A stretch of 64,000 nucleotides of DNA from an uncultured Candidatus Saccharibacteria bacterium (GTDB lineage: Bacteria; Patescibacteriota; Minisyncoccia; Phycocordibacterales; UBA918), in contig CAYGJY010000001.1 in the NCBI GenBank assembly GCA_964350645.1, positions 142,316 through 206,315 of the forward strand, in the 5' to 3' direction. The notes under the pieces were generated by a model. That model did no database searches, had not been told where the DNA came from, and saw only the letters and a program-made list of their open reading frames with translations. The translations under genes were made by a program, and so were the position numbers. The number at the start of each line of letters is the position of its first letter. Position 1 is the first letter of the stretch. Below are positions 38,496 through 48,342 of this stretch, in pieces.

Positions 38496-38693
38496 TTATA
38501 AAAATATTATCAGCGCTAAACCGGTTAAAATGATCACATCACCCGCGATAAAAATACTGGTACCGATAAACGAGACGCGAGGTTCAGCACCGAACGAGAA
38601 CCAGTGATAGCCGAGCACAACGGCATGGATTAGTGTTCCCAGCATCAATACATAAAATAAGAGCTGAAAGATGAGGGTAGGATCAAAGGTCAT
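38496..38693 (-). CDS. Small two-helix membrane protein
   Basis: The 65-aa product is highly hydrophobic and immediately follows the PH-domain gene. Confidence 0.3.
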   Translation of the reverse strand: MTFDPTLIFQLLFYVLMLGTLIHAVVLGYHWFSFGAEPRVSFIGTSIFIAGDVIILTGLALIIFL

Positions 38694-38697
38694 TGAA

Positions 38698-39477
38698 TTA
38701 TTGTAGCACCAAAATACTATAGCGATCTACTCCGTATTGGTCAGGTCTGGTTGTGACCACAAAATTGTGCTTGGTGCCAAGACTTTGAATAAAGGCCGCC
38801 TGTTCTGGTTCATGTTCAAGCCAGAGTTCACCAGCTGGCTTTAGGTGGTTGGGGGCAGTAGCGATAATCTTGGAAATTAATTTTAGGCCATGCATACCGC
38901 CATAGAGGGCTGTGGCTGGTTCATATAGCACGACACTGGCGTCAACTCGATTGAGCGTTTTGTCTATATAAGGTGGGTTACTGAGGATGACATTGTAGGT
39001 TTTAGTTACTTTAGAAAATAAGTCTGAGGCAATGATTTCTGTGCGAGCTAGGTTAATGTGATTGTGTTCAAGATTGTGTTTGATAGTGGGTAGGTGAGCT
39101 GGCTCGATCTCAGAGAAATCTACTTGGATATTAGGAAGAGCTTTGGCAATAGCTATACCGATGCAGCCTGAGCCAGCACAGAGATCAAGTATGTGAGGTG
39201 TGTGGTCATCAGTCAGTGTTTTAGGAGAGGGTTTCCGTGAGATCTGCTCGAATCGTTGTCTGATGTGATCAATTGCATGTTCAGTCCAATATTCAGTTTC
39301 AGCACGGGGGATAAGTGGACGCGAATCAAGTAAAATGGTGGTGTTGAGAAAAGGAACTGAGCCGATGACATAGCCAAGCGGCTCGCCCGCGGCGAGTCGC
39401 TTACAGTCAGCAAGAAATGCCTCAGATGTAACTCCGTCATATTTTTCTTGCAGTAGCCAGTCGACTTCTCTGTGCAT
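38698..39477 (-). CDS. prmC: Release-factor glutamine N5-methyltransferase PrmC/HemK
   Basis: The NPPY motif is present (VILSNPPYIDKT) along with the AdoMet motif LDLCAGSGCIGIAIA. The start is taken at MHREVDWLL (the listed ORF extends to 39588). Confidence 0.75.
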   Translation of the reverse strand: MHREVDWLLQEKYDGVTSEAFLADCKRLAAGEPLGYVIGSVPFLNTTILLDSRPLIPRAETEYWTEHAIDHIRQRFEQISRKPSPKTLTDDHTPHILDLCAGSGCIGIAIAKALPNIQVDFSEIEPAHLPTIKHNLEHNHINLARTEIIASDLFSKVTKTYNVILSNPPYIDKTLNRVDASVVLYEPATALYGGMHGLKLISKIIATAPNHLKPAGELWLEHEPEQAAFIQSLGTKHNFVVTTRPDQYGVDRYSILVLQ

Positions 39478-39519
39478 GTAGAAGCATGGTATGCTTCTAA
39501 CCATATGAATGCAACCCCG

Positions 39520-40248
39520 ATGCTCGAGATTAAAGATCTCGTTAAAGTGTATGGTACTGGCAAAGATGCCAAGACAGCCGTTGACCATATTTCTTTATCG
39601 ATCCCTAAAGGTAGCTTCTATGGCCTTTTAGGACCTAATGGGGCAGGGAAAAGTACCACTATTCATTGTATTACAGGGATCGCTCAGCCGACTTCAGGTC
39701 AGATTTTGGTTGATGGAGTCGATGTAGTGACTGATTACAAGGTGGCTCGTACCAAAGTGGGACTCTCACCGCAAGAATTTAACGTTGATATTTTTTCAAC
39801 TCCGCGTGAATTGATGGATTTTATGGGCGGCTATTATGGTATTGGAGCCGGTCAGCGGAAAGAGCGAGTGGAAGAACTTATAGCCCGTTTTGACCTTGAG
39901 CAGCACGCTGATATCAAGTTTCAAAAATTGTCGGGAGGACTAAAGCGGCGAGCGATGCTTGGGCGAGCTTTGATTCATACTCCAGATCTCTTAATACTTG
40001 ATGAGCCAACTGCTGGAGTTGATGTCGAACAACGTCATGATTTATGGGAGTATCTTAAAGAAATGAACGAGCGGGGGAAGACGATCATTTTAACTTCACA
40101 TTACCTTGAAGAGATCCAGTATCTCTGCCGAGACATTGCAATCATTAACCACGGTAAGATTGTCGCAGAGGGTACCAAAGAAGAATTCATGAAAGACGGA
40201 AAATCGATCGAACAGCGCTATTTAGAAATCACTAAAGAAACTAATTAA
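39520..40248 (+). CDS. ABC transporter ATP-binding protein
   Basis: Walker A GPNGAGKST, the signature LSGGLKRR and Walker B LLILDEPTAGVD are present. The start is taken at MLEIKDL. Confidence 0.85.
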   Translation: MLEIKDLVKVYGTGKDAKTAVDHISLSIPKGSFYGLLGPNGAGKSTTIHCITGIAQPTSGQILVDGVDVVTDYKVARTKVGLSPQEFNVDIFSTPRELMDFMGGYYGIGAGQRKERVEELIARFDLEQHADIKFQKLSGGLKRRAMLGRALIHTPDLLILDEPTAGVDVEQRHDLWEYLKEMNERGKTIILTSHYLEEIQYLCRDIAIINHGKIVAEGTKEEFMKDGKSIEQRYLEITKETN

Positions 40249-40249
40249 T

Positions 40250-41017
40250 ATGTCTATCAACTGGATCGGTATCGGTACCTTCATTCGGCGTGAAATCAAA
40301 CGGACATTTCGAGTGATCATTCAGACACTGGTTGCTCCAGTAATTTCAGCGGCACTCTACATCTTTATCTTTGGAACAGTTATTGGTACCAAAATTGATG
40401 AGATTTTAGGGGTACCGTATATATCATTTGTATTTCCTGGGGTACTCATGCTATCGATTATTAATGCGAGTTTCGCCAGTGCTTCTTCTGGTCTGTACTT
40501 CATGCGTTTCACCCGTGGTATTGAAGAAATTTTAATCGCCCCGTTTTCGTATTTGGAGATGATTTTCGGGTTTGTGGTCGGTTCAGTGGCTCGGTCAATT
40601 ATGGTTGCTGTGTTGATTCTTTTAGTAGGTCTTCTTTTTGGAGCTGTAACACTGGCGAATCCAATTGCCTTCCTACTGTATGTCATTGGCATCTCGGCTA
40701 TCTTCTCGATGCTAGGGATTCTTGTTGCATTGTGGGCTGAGAGTTTCGAACAACTCCAGGTTTTGAATACCTTTATTATAACGCCGCTCACGTACTTGGG
40801 AGGGATTTTTTATTCAATCAGTTTTTTACCGCCACTGGCTGAGACCATTACACGCTTGAATCCTTTTTTCTACTTTGCTGACGGGATCCGTAGTAGTATG
40901 ATCGGGGTGAGCGAGGCAGATACGACACTAGGGGCGGTCATTATTATTGCTCTCGTCATTTTGCTCGGTGCAACGGTAAACTATCTCTTTAGTATTGGTT
41001 GGAAAATCCGCTCATAG
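40250..41017 (+). CDS. ABC-2 type transporter permease
   Basis: Six TM helices are predicted. The gene is adjacent to the ATPase and separated from it by 1 nt. Confidence 0.7.
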   Translation: MSINWIGIGTFIRREIKRTFRVIIQTLVAPVISAALYIFIFGTVIGTKIDEILGVPYISFVFPGVLMLSIINASFASASSGLYFMRFTRGIEEILIAPFSYLEMIFGFVVGSVARSIMVAVLILLVGLLFGAVTLANPIAFLLYVIGISAIFSMLGILVALWAESFEQLQVLNTFIITPLTYLGGIFYSISFLPPLAETITRLNPFFYFADGIRSSMIGVSEADTTLGAVIIIALVILLGATVNYLFSIGWKIRS

Positions 41018-41072
41018 GTATTGCTCACACATTGGAGTATTGCTGACGGCATCATCTGATACACTTAAGGTG

Positions 41073-42089
41073 ATGTCAGATCATTCAAAACTATACGCAA
41101 CTGCAGCACAGCTTCTTACCAAGAACAAGGGTATTTTGGCGGCTGATCAGAGTGCGAGTACCATGAACAAACAGTTAGCCGCTATTGGCGTACCTGAAGA
41201 GGCCGAGATGCGCCGACAGTACCGCCAATTACTTTTTACTAGTCCAGGTATTGAGGAGTACACCACTGGGGTAATTTTATACGACGCAACCATTAGAAAT
41301 CAAACCGACGATGGGACACCGTTTGTTGATGTGTTGGCGGCAAAAGGAATCATCCCGATCATTAAGGTTGACAAGAGTACTACAGACCATACTGGGTTCC
41401 CGGGTGAGTTGATCACGGAGGGTCTAGATGGACTTGATGACCGTTTGGCTGAATATTTTCAACTTGGGGCGCGGGCAGCAAAGTGGCGAGCCGTCTTTAA
41501 CATTACCGATGAGATACCAACGGAGCAGAATATTCTATTTGATTGCATCCAGCTAGTGCGGTATGCACAATTATGTCACGAAGCTGGCATTGTACCGATT
41601 GTTGAACCAGAAGTAATTTATGCCGGCACACATTCAATTGAACGGGCTGAGGAGGTGACCACTATGGTTTTAACTAAGCTCTTTGAGTTGTTGGCATGGT
41701 ATCAAGTTGATCTTAAGGCGGTTATTCTAAAATCAAGTATGGTCTTGGCCGGTAAAGAATCTGGTCAGGATTCATCTCCTGAAGCAGTAGCGGCAGCTTC
41801 AGTACGCACATTTAAAGCTAGTGTTCCAGAGGCGGTACCAGGGATTGTCTTCCTTTCTGGAGGACAGACACCTGAGCAGGCAACTGAGAACCTCAATGCG
41901 ATTGCTAAAATCGAGCAGACAGAAGGTGGTCTACCGTGGGAGTTTGCTTTTTCATTTTCTCGAGGTCTTGAACAGCCAGTGCAACAGGTATGGCAAGGTA
42001 AACCGGAAAATATTGAAGCAGCACAAGCAACGCTACTAGAAAGGTTGCGTATCAACTGTCTAGCTGACCGAGGTCAGTATGAGGGATAG
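41073..42089 (+). CDS. fba: Fructose-bisphosphate aldolase, class I
   Basis: KGILAADQSASTMNKQL (class I aldolase signature) is present, with the Schiff-base Lys region IILKSSMV. The start is taken at MSDHSK. Confidence 0.8.
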   Translation: MSDHSKLYATAAQLLTKNKGILAADQSASTMNKQLAAIGVPEEAEMRRQYRQLLFTSPGIEEYTTGVILYDATIRNQTDDGTPFVDVLAAKGIIPIIKVDKSTTDHTGFPGELITEGLDGLDDRLAEYFQLGARAAKWRAVFNITDEIPTEQNILFDCIQLVRYAQLCHEAGIVPIVEPEVIYAGTHSIERAEEVTTMVLTKLFELLAWYQVDLKAVILKSSMVLAGKESGQDSSPEAVAAASVRTFKASVPEAVPGIVFLSGGQTPEQATENLNAIAKIEQTEGGLPWEFAFSFSRGLEQPVQQVWQGKPENIEAAQATLLERLRINCLADRGQYEG

Positions 42090-42109
42090 GGAAGAAGAAG
42101 TAAGACACA

Positions 42110-42142
42110 AAAAAAGCGCCCTTGTGGCCGCTTTTTTTTGTG
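42110..42142. terminator. Putative bidirectional terminator between fba and rpmG
   Basis: aaaaaaagcgcccttgtggccgcttttttttg is an imperfect stem flanked by A and T runs. Confidence 0.35.
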
Positions 42143-42144
42143 TC

Positions 42145-42324
42145 CTACTTCTTTTGGGTATACACCGTATGAGATTTTGAGACTGGGTTAAACTTCTTTA
42201 GTTCAAGTTTTTTACTTGGGTCTTTTTTATTTTTATTGTTGTAACGTGAGTAGTAGACGTGACCTTTACCCACGCCTTTGTCGTCGCCCTTACTAACTAA
42301 TTTTATGAGTCTATCTTGTGACAT
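42145..42324 (-). CDS. rpmG: 50S ribosomal protein L33 (Cys-less, zinc-independent form)
   Basis: IKLVSKGDDKGVGKGHVYY...LELKKFNPVSKSHTVYTQKK aligns with L33 (IKLVSSAGTGHFYTT...LELKKFDPVVRQHVIYKE). The zinc-ribbon Cys positions are not conserved. Confidence 0.8.
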   Translation of the reverse strand: MSQDRLIKLVSKGDDKGVGKGHVYYSRYNNKNKKDPSKKLELKKFNPVSKSHTVYTQKK

Positions 42325-42481
42325 AGTGGCCAGCATAGTACCAGACCAGGGTCAGCCGGTCAATAGAGATTAATTGGGGAGTTTGATAAAAGTCACACAA
42401 GGGTGCGTGTTATTATTAAGTCGATCTGTATGTTTTTCATAGTCTCTGCTCATTACAGGTCATATATGATCTAGTTTAGCC

Positions 42482-43705
42482 ATGAAAGTTCTTACATTTG
42501 GCTGGGATTTTCCACCGTATACAACCGGCGGGCTGGGGTTTGCCTGCCATGGTCTTTCTCATGAACTTACCAATCAGGGCATTGAGGTTGTTTTCGTATT
42601 ACCCCGTAGCCAGCCAGTGACTGGGAAACATCGATTTGTGTTTGCTGATGTTGAGCACTACGCCAGAGTTCGTTATGTTGATTCACTCTTGCAGCCATAC
42701 CAGGCTTCAAGTTCGCGACTTGACGTCTACGATGAAACTGGGCGCCGCCGTCTTTATTCTCGCAGTATTCTAGAAGAGGTTCATCACTACGCACACAAAG
42801 CAGCAGCGATTGCTGAGGAAGAAGAGTTTGAACTAATCCATGCCCACGACTGGACTGCGTATTTAGCTGGTATAGCAGCAAAGACCGTCTCGGGCAAGCC
42901 ATTGATTCTTCATGTGCACGCTACGTCGTTTGATCAGGCGGCCGGTGATAATGTTGATCCGGAAGTGTATAAAATTGAACAAGAAGCTTTTGCTGCTGCC
43001 GACTGTATAGTCGCTATCAGTCAGTACGTCAAGAATATGATAGTCACCAAGCATCAAGCTGACCCAGCTAAAATTACCGTGGTGCACAATGGTAGTGATA
43101 CTGATGAGCCGGTCAGGCATGAACCAACGCTACAAGAATTAAAAGCTCGTGGTACCAAGGTTGTTTTGTATCACGGGCGCATTACTGTCCAGAAGGGGGT
43201 TGATTATTTTGTCCAGGCTGCTAAGCGAGTTTTGGAGAGGGAACCCAATGTCGTGTTTGTTATCTCAGGCAAAGGTGATATGGAAGGTCAAATTATGCAG
43301 CAAGTTGGGGCGATGGGGTTGTCGTCGCACTTTATATTTGCTGGTGCACTTTGGTATGAAGAGCGCGATCAGATGTATCAGAGCGCTGACTTAGTGGTCA
43401 TGCCCTCGGTATCAGAGCCCTTTGGCCTAGTGCCACTTGAAGCAATCAGGCACGGCACGCCAGCTGTGATCAGTAAGCAGTCAGGAGTCTCCGAGGTGAT
43501 GGCTCATGTGCTTAAAGTTGATTTCTGGGATATTGACGATATGGCTAATAAAATTATTGCCGGACTACGGTATCCGGTGATGCATCAGCAGCTGGTTAGT
43601 TATGGTAAACAAGAATTACTCGGGCTGACGTGGGCTAAGGCAGCTGACAAGGTACGATCAATTTATCAGCGTCTGTTACAATACTTGGACACGAAAGTGG
43701 TTTAG
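42482..43705 (+). CDS. Glycogen/starch-synthase-like glycosyltransferase (GT5/GT4 GT-B fold)
   Basis: The N-terminus MKVLTFGWDFPPYTTGGLGFA resembles the KTGGL motif. A C-terminal GT-B domain with E-x7-E-like SEPFGLVPLEA is present. Confidence 0.6.
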   Translation: MKVLTFGWDFPPYTTGGLGFACHGLSHELTNQGIEVVFVLPRSQPVTGKHRFVFADVEHYARVRYVDSLLQPYQASSSRLDVYDETGRRRLYSRSILEEVHHYAHKAAAIAEEEEFELIHAHDWTAYLAGIAAKTVSGKPLILHVHATSFDQAAGDNVDPEVYKIEQEAFAAADCIVAISQYVKNMIVTKHQADPAKITVVHNGSDTDEPVRHEPTLQELKARGTKVVLYHGRITVQKGVDYFVQAAKRVLEREPNVVFVISGKGDMEGQIMQQVGAMGLSSHFIFAGALWYEERDQMYQSADLVVMPSVSEPFGLVPLEAIRHGTPAVISKQSGVSEVMAHVLKVDFWDIDDMANKIIAGLRYPVMHQQLVSYGKQELLGLTWAKAADKVRSIYQRLLQYLDTKVV

Positions 43706-43707
43706 TC

Positions 43708-45039
43708 ATGCTCTCCGTCTGTCCTTATTTTCACGTTCATCAGCCATACCGGATTAAGCAATACCGGGCTTTTGATATTGGTAATGATAATCAATATTTT
43801 AATGACGCTGGTCCAAGTGATCTTAACAATCGGAAAATCGTCGAAAAAGTAGCAGATAAGTCGTATCGTCCGATGAATGCGGTCTTGACCGAATTGTTAG
43901 AAGAGCATCCAGACTTCCGCTTCGCACTGTCGTTTTCTGGAACGGTGTTGGATCAATTTGCCGAGTATACGCCAGATGTACTAGAGAGTTTTCAGAAATT
44001 AGTGGCGACTGGTCGAGTGGAAATTTTGGCTGATACCTACCATCACTCGCTCGCATTTTTTTATTCAGTACCCGAGTTTGAACGTCAGGTAGCTAAACAT
44101 GCTAAGCGTATTCACGAATTGTTTGGCTATACACCACGGGTGTTTCGAAACACTGAACTTTCGTATCGTAATGATCTGGCTAAATGGTGTGATGATAACG
44201 GGTACTTAGGGATCATGGCTGAAGGATGGGATCCTGTTTTAGGTTGGCGGAGTCCAAATTATGTCTATCGACCAGTTGGGTGTGATCGAATTAAGGTCTT
44301 GTTGAAAAACTATAAGCTTTCTGATGATGTTGCATTCCGGTTTGGCAATCAGGGCTGGGAAAGTTGGCCACTTGATGCTCCAACCTATGCAGATTGGATT
44401 CACTCGCATCACGGTGATGGGCAAACGATTAATCTTTTCATGGACTATGAGACGTTTGGCGAACATCAATGGGAAGATACTGGAATTTTTAACTTTATTC
44501 GAAGTTTGCCAGGTGAACTGATGCGGCGTGAGGACACAACATTTAAAACTCCTACTGAAACAATTTTAAGCTATGCTGATGTCGGTGAGATTGATGTACC
44601 TGATGTCCTTACTTGGGCTGACACTGATCGTGATTTGACCGCTTGGGTTGGAAATGACATCCAGCGTGATGCGATTCGCGTTATCTATGATCTTGAAAAT
44701 AATGTCATGAAGACGAAGGATGAAGAATTGATTGAAACCTGGCGAAAGTTACAGACTTCAGATCATTTTTATTACATGTGTACTAAGTGGTTTGCTGATG
44801 GTGATGTGCATGCTTATTTCTCTCCATACCAATCCCCATATGATGCATATATCGCTTTCATGAATGCAATAAGTGATTTACAATTGAGAGTATCACATGC
44901 TGTATCCGAAGCGGAACAACAGCAACGTAGGGATGATGAAGCGGTGGGCCCAACGACACTTTGGGAGCAGTTCCGTACGTGGGTGGTTCGTCGCTATCAA
45001 GCGATGGTCGAGTTCTTTAAAAGACCCTCATTTCAATAG
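43708..45039 (+). CDS. Glycoside hydrolase family 57 (alpha-amylase / branching-enzyme-like)
   Basis: The N-terminal CPYFHVHQPYR motif and GH57 catalytic-region features (WxxExxY-like segments) are present in a 443-aa product. Confidence 0.7.
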   Translation: MLSVCPYFHVHQPYRIKQYRAFDIGNDNQYFNDAGPSDLNNRKIVEKVADKSYRPMNAVLTELLEEHPDFRFALSFSGTVLDQFAEYTPDVLESFQKLVATGRVEILADTYHHSLAFFYSVPEFERQVAKHAKRIHELFGYTPRVFRNTELSYRNDLAKWCDDNGYLGIMAEGWDPVLGWRSPNYVYRPVGCDRIKVLLKNYKLSDDVAFRFGNQGWESWPLDAPTYADWIHSHHGDGQTINLFMDYETFGEHQWEDTGIFNFIRSLPGELMRREDTTFKTPTETILSYADVGEIDVPDVLTWADTDRDLTAWVGNDIQRDAIRVIYDLENNVMKTKDEELIETWRKLQTSDHFYYMCTKWFADGDVHAYFSPYQSPYDAYIAFMNAISDLQLRVSHAVSEAEQQQRRDDEAVGPTTLWEQFRTWVVRRYQAMVEFFKRPSFQ

Positions 45040-45043
45040 TAGT

Positions 45044-45454
45044 ATGCCAAGCAAAAAAACTACCAGTTCACCCAAAACCAGTAGAAAAAAAACGGCTACA
45101 AAAAAAGCAGTTGCTAAGAAGGCGTCTGTCAAACCAGCTAAAAAAGCAGTAGCTAAAAAATCTACATCCAAAAAACAAACTACTGCAAAGGTGCTTGTCT
45201 GTGCTGGTCCGGACGCATGTTTTTGGACGACAGATGGTGCAATTTTAAAAGATTTACAAGAACTACGTGACGCACTTCAGATAATGTCAGATAGTGTATT
45301 CTCGTATCATGTGCAAAAAGAAAAGAATGATTTTGCCGAGTGGGTTGAGTTTGTTTTGAAAGATCCGGCCTGTGCTGAAGCATTGCGTAAAGCACGCAAG
45401 CCGAGCACAGCTCGTACCGCCGTTGAGCGTCACTTACGTTTATATATCTCCTAG
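45044..45454 (+). CDS. Small protein with a lysine-rich, histone-H1-like N-terminal tail and an unknown C-terminal domain
   Basis: The N-terminus MPSKKTTSSPKTSRKKTATKKAVAKKASVKPAKKAVAKKSTSKKQTT is followed by a ~90-aa Cys-containing domain. The start is taken at 45044. Confidence 0.4.
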   Translation: MPSKKTTSSPKTSRKKTATKKAVAKKASVKPAKKAVAKKSTSKKQTTAKVLVCAGPDACFWTTDGAILKDLQELRDALQIMSDSVFSYHVQKEKNDFAEWVEFVLKDPACAEALRKARKPSTARTAVERHLRLYIS

Positions 45455-45455
45455 T

Positions 45456-47438
45456 ATGGCTCGAGCGGTTACATTAGGAAATGGAAATATGTTGGTAGGA
45501 CTTGATTATCATGGTCAGGTAAGAGATTTTTATTATCCGCATGTTGGACACTCTAACCACGTTAGTGGAGCAAGTGGTTCGTTCGTGCACCGCATCGGAG
45601 TGTATGTGGGGGACACTTTACTCTGGCTTGACGACCCATCTTGGGAAGTGACGGTCGGGTATGACTCCGATACGGTCGTTGGGAGTATGCATGCAGTGAA
45701 TGAGAAGTATGGTATTACACTCACCAGTACTGACGTAGTACATAATGAAGAAAATCTGTTTATACGTTCTTTTGTCGTTGGTAACGAGCGACCTGAGACT
45801 AGAACCGTTACGCTTTTTTTAGCACAACAATTTAGAATTGCAGAGTCTCGTCGAGGTGACACCGGTTTTTATGATCCACGGGTTCGCTCAGTGATTCATT
45901 ACAAAGGACACACCAAAATTCTTATTAATGCGTTTCATGGAGAGACGCAATTTACAGAGTATAATATTGGTTTGTTTGGTATTGAAGGCCGGGAAGGGAC
46001 CTTTCACGATGCCGAAGATGGTATTCTTGAGAAGAATCCTATCGAGCATGGTTCAGTCGATTCAATTATTGGACTACCAGTAACATTGGCCGCAGAATCT
46101 CATACTGAAATGCATTACTGGATTGCGTGTGCAGAAACTATTGATAAAGTACATGATCTTAATCAGCATGTTCTTGATGAAACACCTGAGGTATTGATGC
46201 GTTCAACTCAGAATTACTGGCGAGCATGGCTCGAGATTGATGATCATGATCATAATTTTCTCAGTCCAGAACTCCAGACCTTATATCATCGGTCGCTAAC
46301 TACTATCCGTGTTCACGCTGATAATGGTGGAGGAATTATCGCTTCGAGTGATACCGCGATGCTGCATCACGGACGTGATACTTATAGCTACGTGTGGCCA
46401 CGTGATGCATCGATTATCGCGAATGCGCTTGATCGCTCAGGACACCACGAAGTAGCTCAGAAGTATTTTACCTTTATGACGGCACGTCTAGAGCGAGGTG
46501 GCTATCTAATGCATAAGTACCGAGTTGATGGAGTATTAGGAAGCTCGTGGCATCCATGGATGCATGATGGCGAAGCGCGCTTACCGATCCAAGAAGACGA
46601 AACAGCCCTGACGTTAGTTATGCTGTGGCGACACTATGAGGAAGCACGCGATCTTGAATTTATAGAGTCTGTGTACAATCCCTTTGTTGAACCAGTGACG
46701 GCTTTTTTGATTGACTACATGGAAGCATCACTGGGACTGCCCGATAGTTCGTATGATTTGTGGGAGGAAAAATATGGAATTTCCACTTATACTGCTTGCT
46801 CGGTCTATGCAGCTTTACAAGCCTCTGCAAATTTTGCCAATTTACTCGGTAAAGATGAAGCGGCGCGGACGTGCGCGGCGGTGGCGCAGAGAATTAGAAG
46901 TAGTATTTTGGAGCGTCTCTATGATGAAGAGTTAGGTATGTTTGTGAAGTTAGTTCGTCTTGATCGTGATGGTGAACTTGAGGTGGATAAGACTATCGAC
47001 ATGAGTAGTTTCTTTGGCCCACTTTTCTTTGGTGTAATTGAAGCAGATGATGAACGTGCTAAGCGTAGTTTTGAAACAGTTGAGCGAACCTTAAAGGTGG
47101 CTGGAGCGAGTGCTGGATACGTGCGCTATCAGGCTGACAACTATTACACCCTGCAGGATGCCGGTAGCCCTAATCCTTGGGTAATTACTACTCTTTGGAT
47201 GGCACAATATCATATTATGAAAGCTAAAACACTCGAAGATCTTGAAGTCGCTTATGGCATCCTAGAGTGGACTTGTGGTCACGCAACAAAGAGCGGTGTA
47301 CTAGCAGAGCAAATGCACCCACACACAAGAGAGCATCTTTCAACCGCACCGCTTACTTGGAGTCATGCTGAGTTTGTAATCACTGTCGATGAATATATTA
47401 AAAAATATCATGAATTAGTGAGTGGAAAAACTAACTAA
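45456..47438 (+). CDS. Glycoside hydrolase family 15 (glucoamylase/glucodextranase/trehalase-like), with an N-terminal beta-sandwich domain
   Basis: An (alpha/alpha)6 catalytic-domain region is present (YVWPRDASIIANAL, LWEEKYGISTYTACSVYAAL). The start is taken at MARAVTLG. Confidence 0.65.
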   Translation: MARAVTLGNGNMLVGLDYHGQVRDFYYPHVGHSNHVSGASGSFVHRIGVYVGDTLLWLDDPSWEVTVGYDSDTVVGSMHAVNEKYGITLTSTDVVHNEENLFIRSFVVGNERPETRTVTLFLAQQFRIAESRRGDTGFYDPRVRSVIHYKGHTKILINAFHGETQFTEYNIGLFGIEGREGTFHDAEDGILEKNPIEHGSVDSIIGLPVTLAAESHTEMHYWIACAETIDKVHDLNQHVLDETPEVLMRSTQNYWRAWLEIDDHDHNFLSPELQTLYHRSLTTIRVHADNGGGIIASSDTAMLHHGRDTYSYVWPRDASIIANALDRSGHHEVAQKYFTFMTARLERGGYLMHKYRVDGVLGSSWHPWMHDGEARLPIQEDETALTLVMLWRHYEEARDLEFIESVYNPFVEPVTAFLIDYMEASLGLPDSSYDLWEEKYGISTYTACSVYAALQASANFANLLGKDEAARTCAAVAQRIRSSILERLYDEELGMFVKLVRLDRDGELEVDKTIDMSSFFGPLFFGVIEADDERAKRSFETVERTLKVAGASAGYVRYQADNYYTLQDAGSPNPWVITTLWMAQYHIMKAKTLEDLEVAYGILEWTCGHATKSGVLAEQMHPHTREHLSTAPLTWSHAEFVITVDEYIKKYHELVSGKTN

Positions 47439-48262
47439 CGATAGCGTTTTTTCCAGAAGCCAAGCCCTAAGGGAAGAGATTGAAAGACGCCAATTTTTGT
47501 TCGATGGATTGAGTAGGCGAGGCCTTGAGTTCCAATTTCTTTGGCTATTTCGTTGGCCAGAGTACGCATATACGTACCAGAACTCGCGATACACCGAACG
47601 GCGGCAATAGTGTAGTCAGTTGGATTGGCGTCAGTTTGTAAAAAGTTTTGCCAAGATTCACGCACGAATGGACGTCGGAAATCATTACCGAGGGCTTTGC
47701 GAAGATCTGTGACTGGGGGTATGGTCTCAATTTTGTTGGTCGCGTAGTTGTACACGCTGGTTTTACTTTCAGTCCGGAGTGACAAAATGTCTAGACGATG
47801 GATCATTGAAGTTTTGGTCGGAATAGTTATTTCATGTAATCGGCCCTCAACCGACCAGGTGTGGAGGGGTTTCCCTTGAACAGTTTTTGCTGAGTAGTGC
47901 GGGTAGGGGAGTTTAATACTACCAAGGAGGTTATGGCAGCCGCGCCTCAGGTGAGCCTCGCTCACCTGAGGCGCGGCGATGTCAGTCTCTAATAACCCCA
48001 GCACGTCACCAGTATCAGACGATATTCCAAATAGAATTTCTACCACATATTCCTTATCGAGAGCGTGAAAGTTACTTTGTTGTTTACAGGCATCTCCGAC
48101 GAGTACGAGCAGTAACCCTGAAGCCATTGGATCTAGTCTGCCGGCGTACGCGAGCGGCACTGCAGCCGGAAGATTCATCTCTTTACGCAACCGTTCAGTT
48201 GCTTCGAGGGGTGTTTCACCAACCGCTTTTTCTATTACGTGATAGTCTCTGCCACTTCTCAT
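47435..48262 (-). CDS. truB: tRNA pseudouridine synthase, TruB family
   Basis: The catalytic Asp motif AYAGRLDPMASGLLLVLVGDACK is present in a 275-aa product. Confidence 0.55.
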   Translation of the reverse strand: MRSGRDYHVIEKAVGETPLEATERLRKEMNLPAAVPLAYAGRLDPMASGLLLVLVGDACKQQSNFHALDKEYVVEILFGISSDTGDVLGLLETDIAAPQVSEAHLRRGCHNLLGSIKLPYPHYSAKTVQGKPLHTWSVEGRLHEITIPTKTSMIHRLDILSLRTESKTSVYNYATNKIETIPPVTDLRKALGNDFRRPFVRESWQNFLQTDANPTDYTIAAVRCIASSGTYMRTLANEIAKEIGTQGLAYSIHRTKIGVFQSLPLGLGFWKKRYR

Positions 48263-48342
48263 GTTACGAACAATACCATAATTTATGTGTAGTGGATTAG
48301 TTTGACTACGTTATAGTTTTTGAATGGTATGATGTTGATCAT

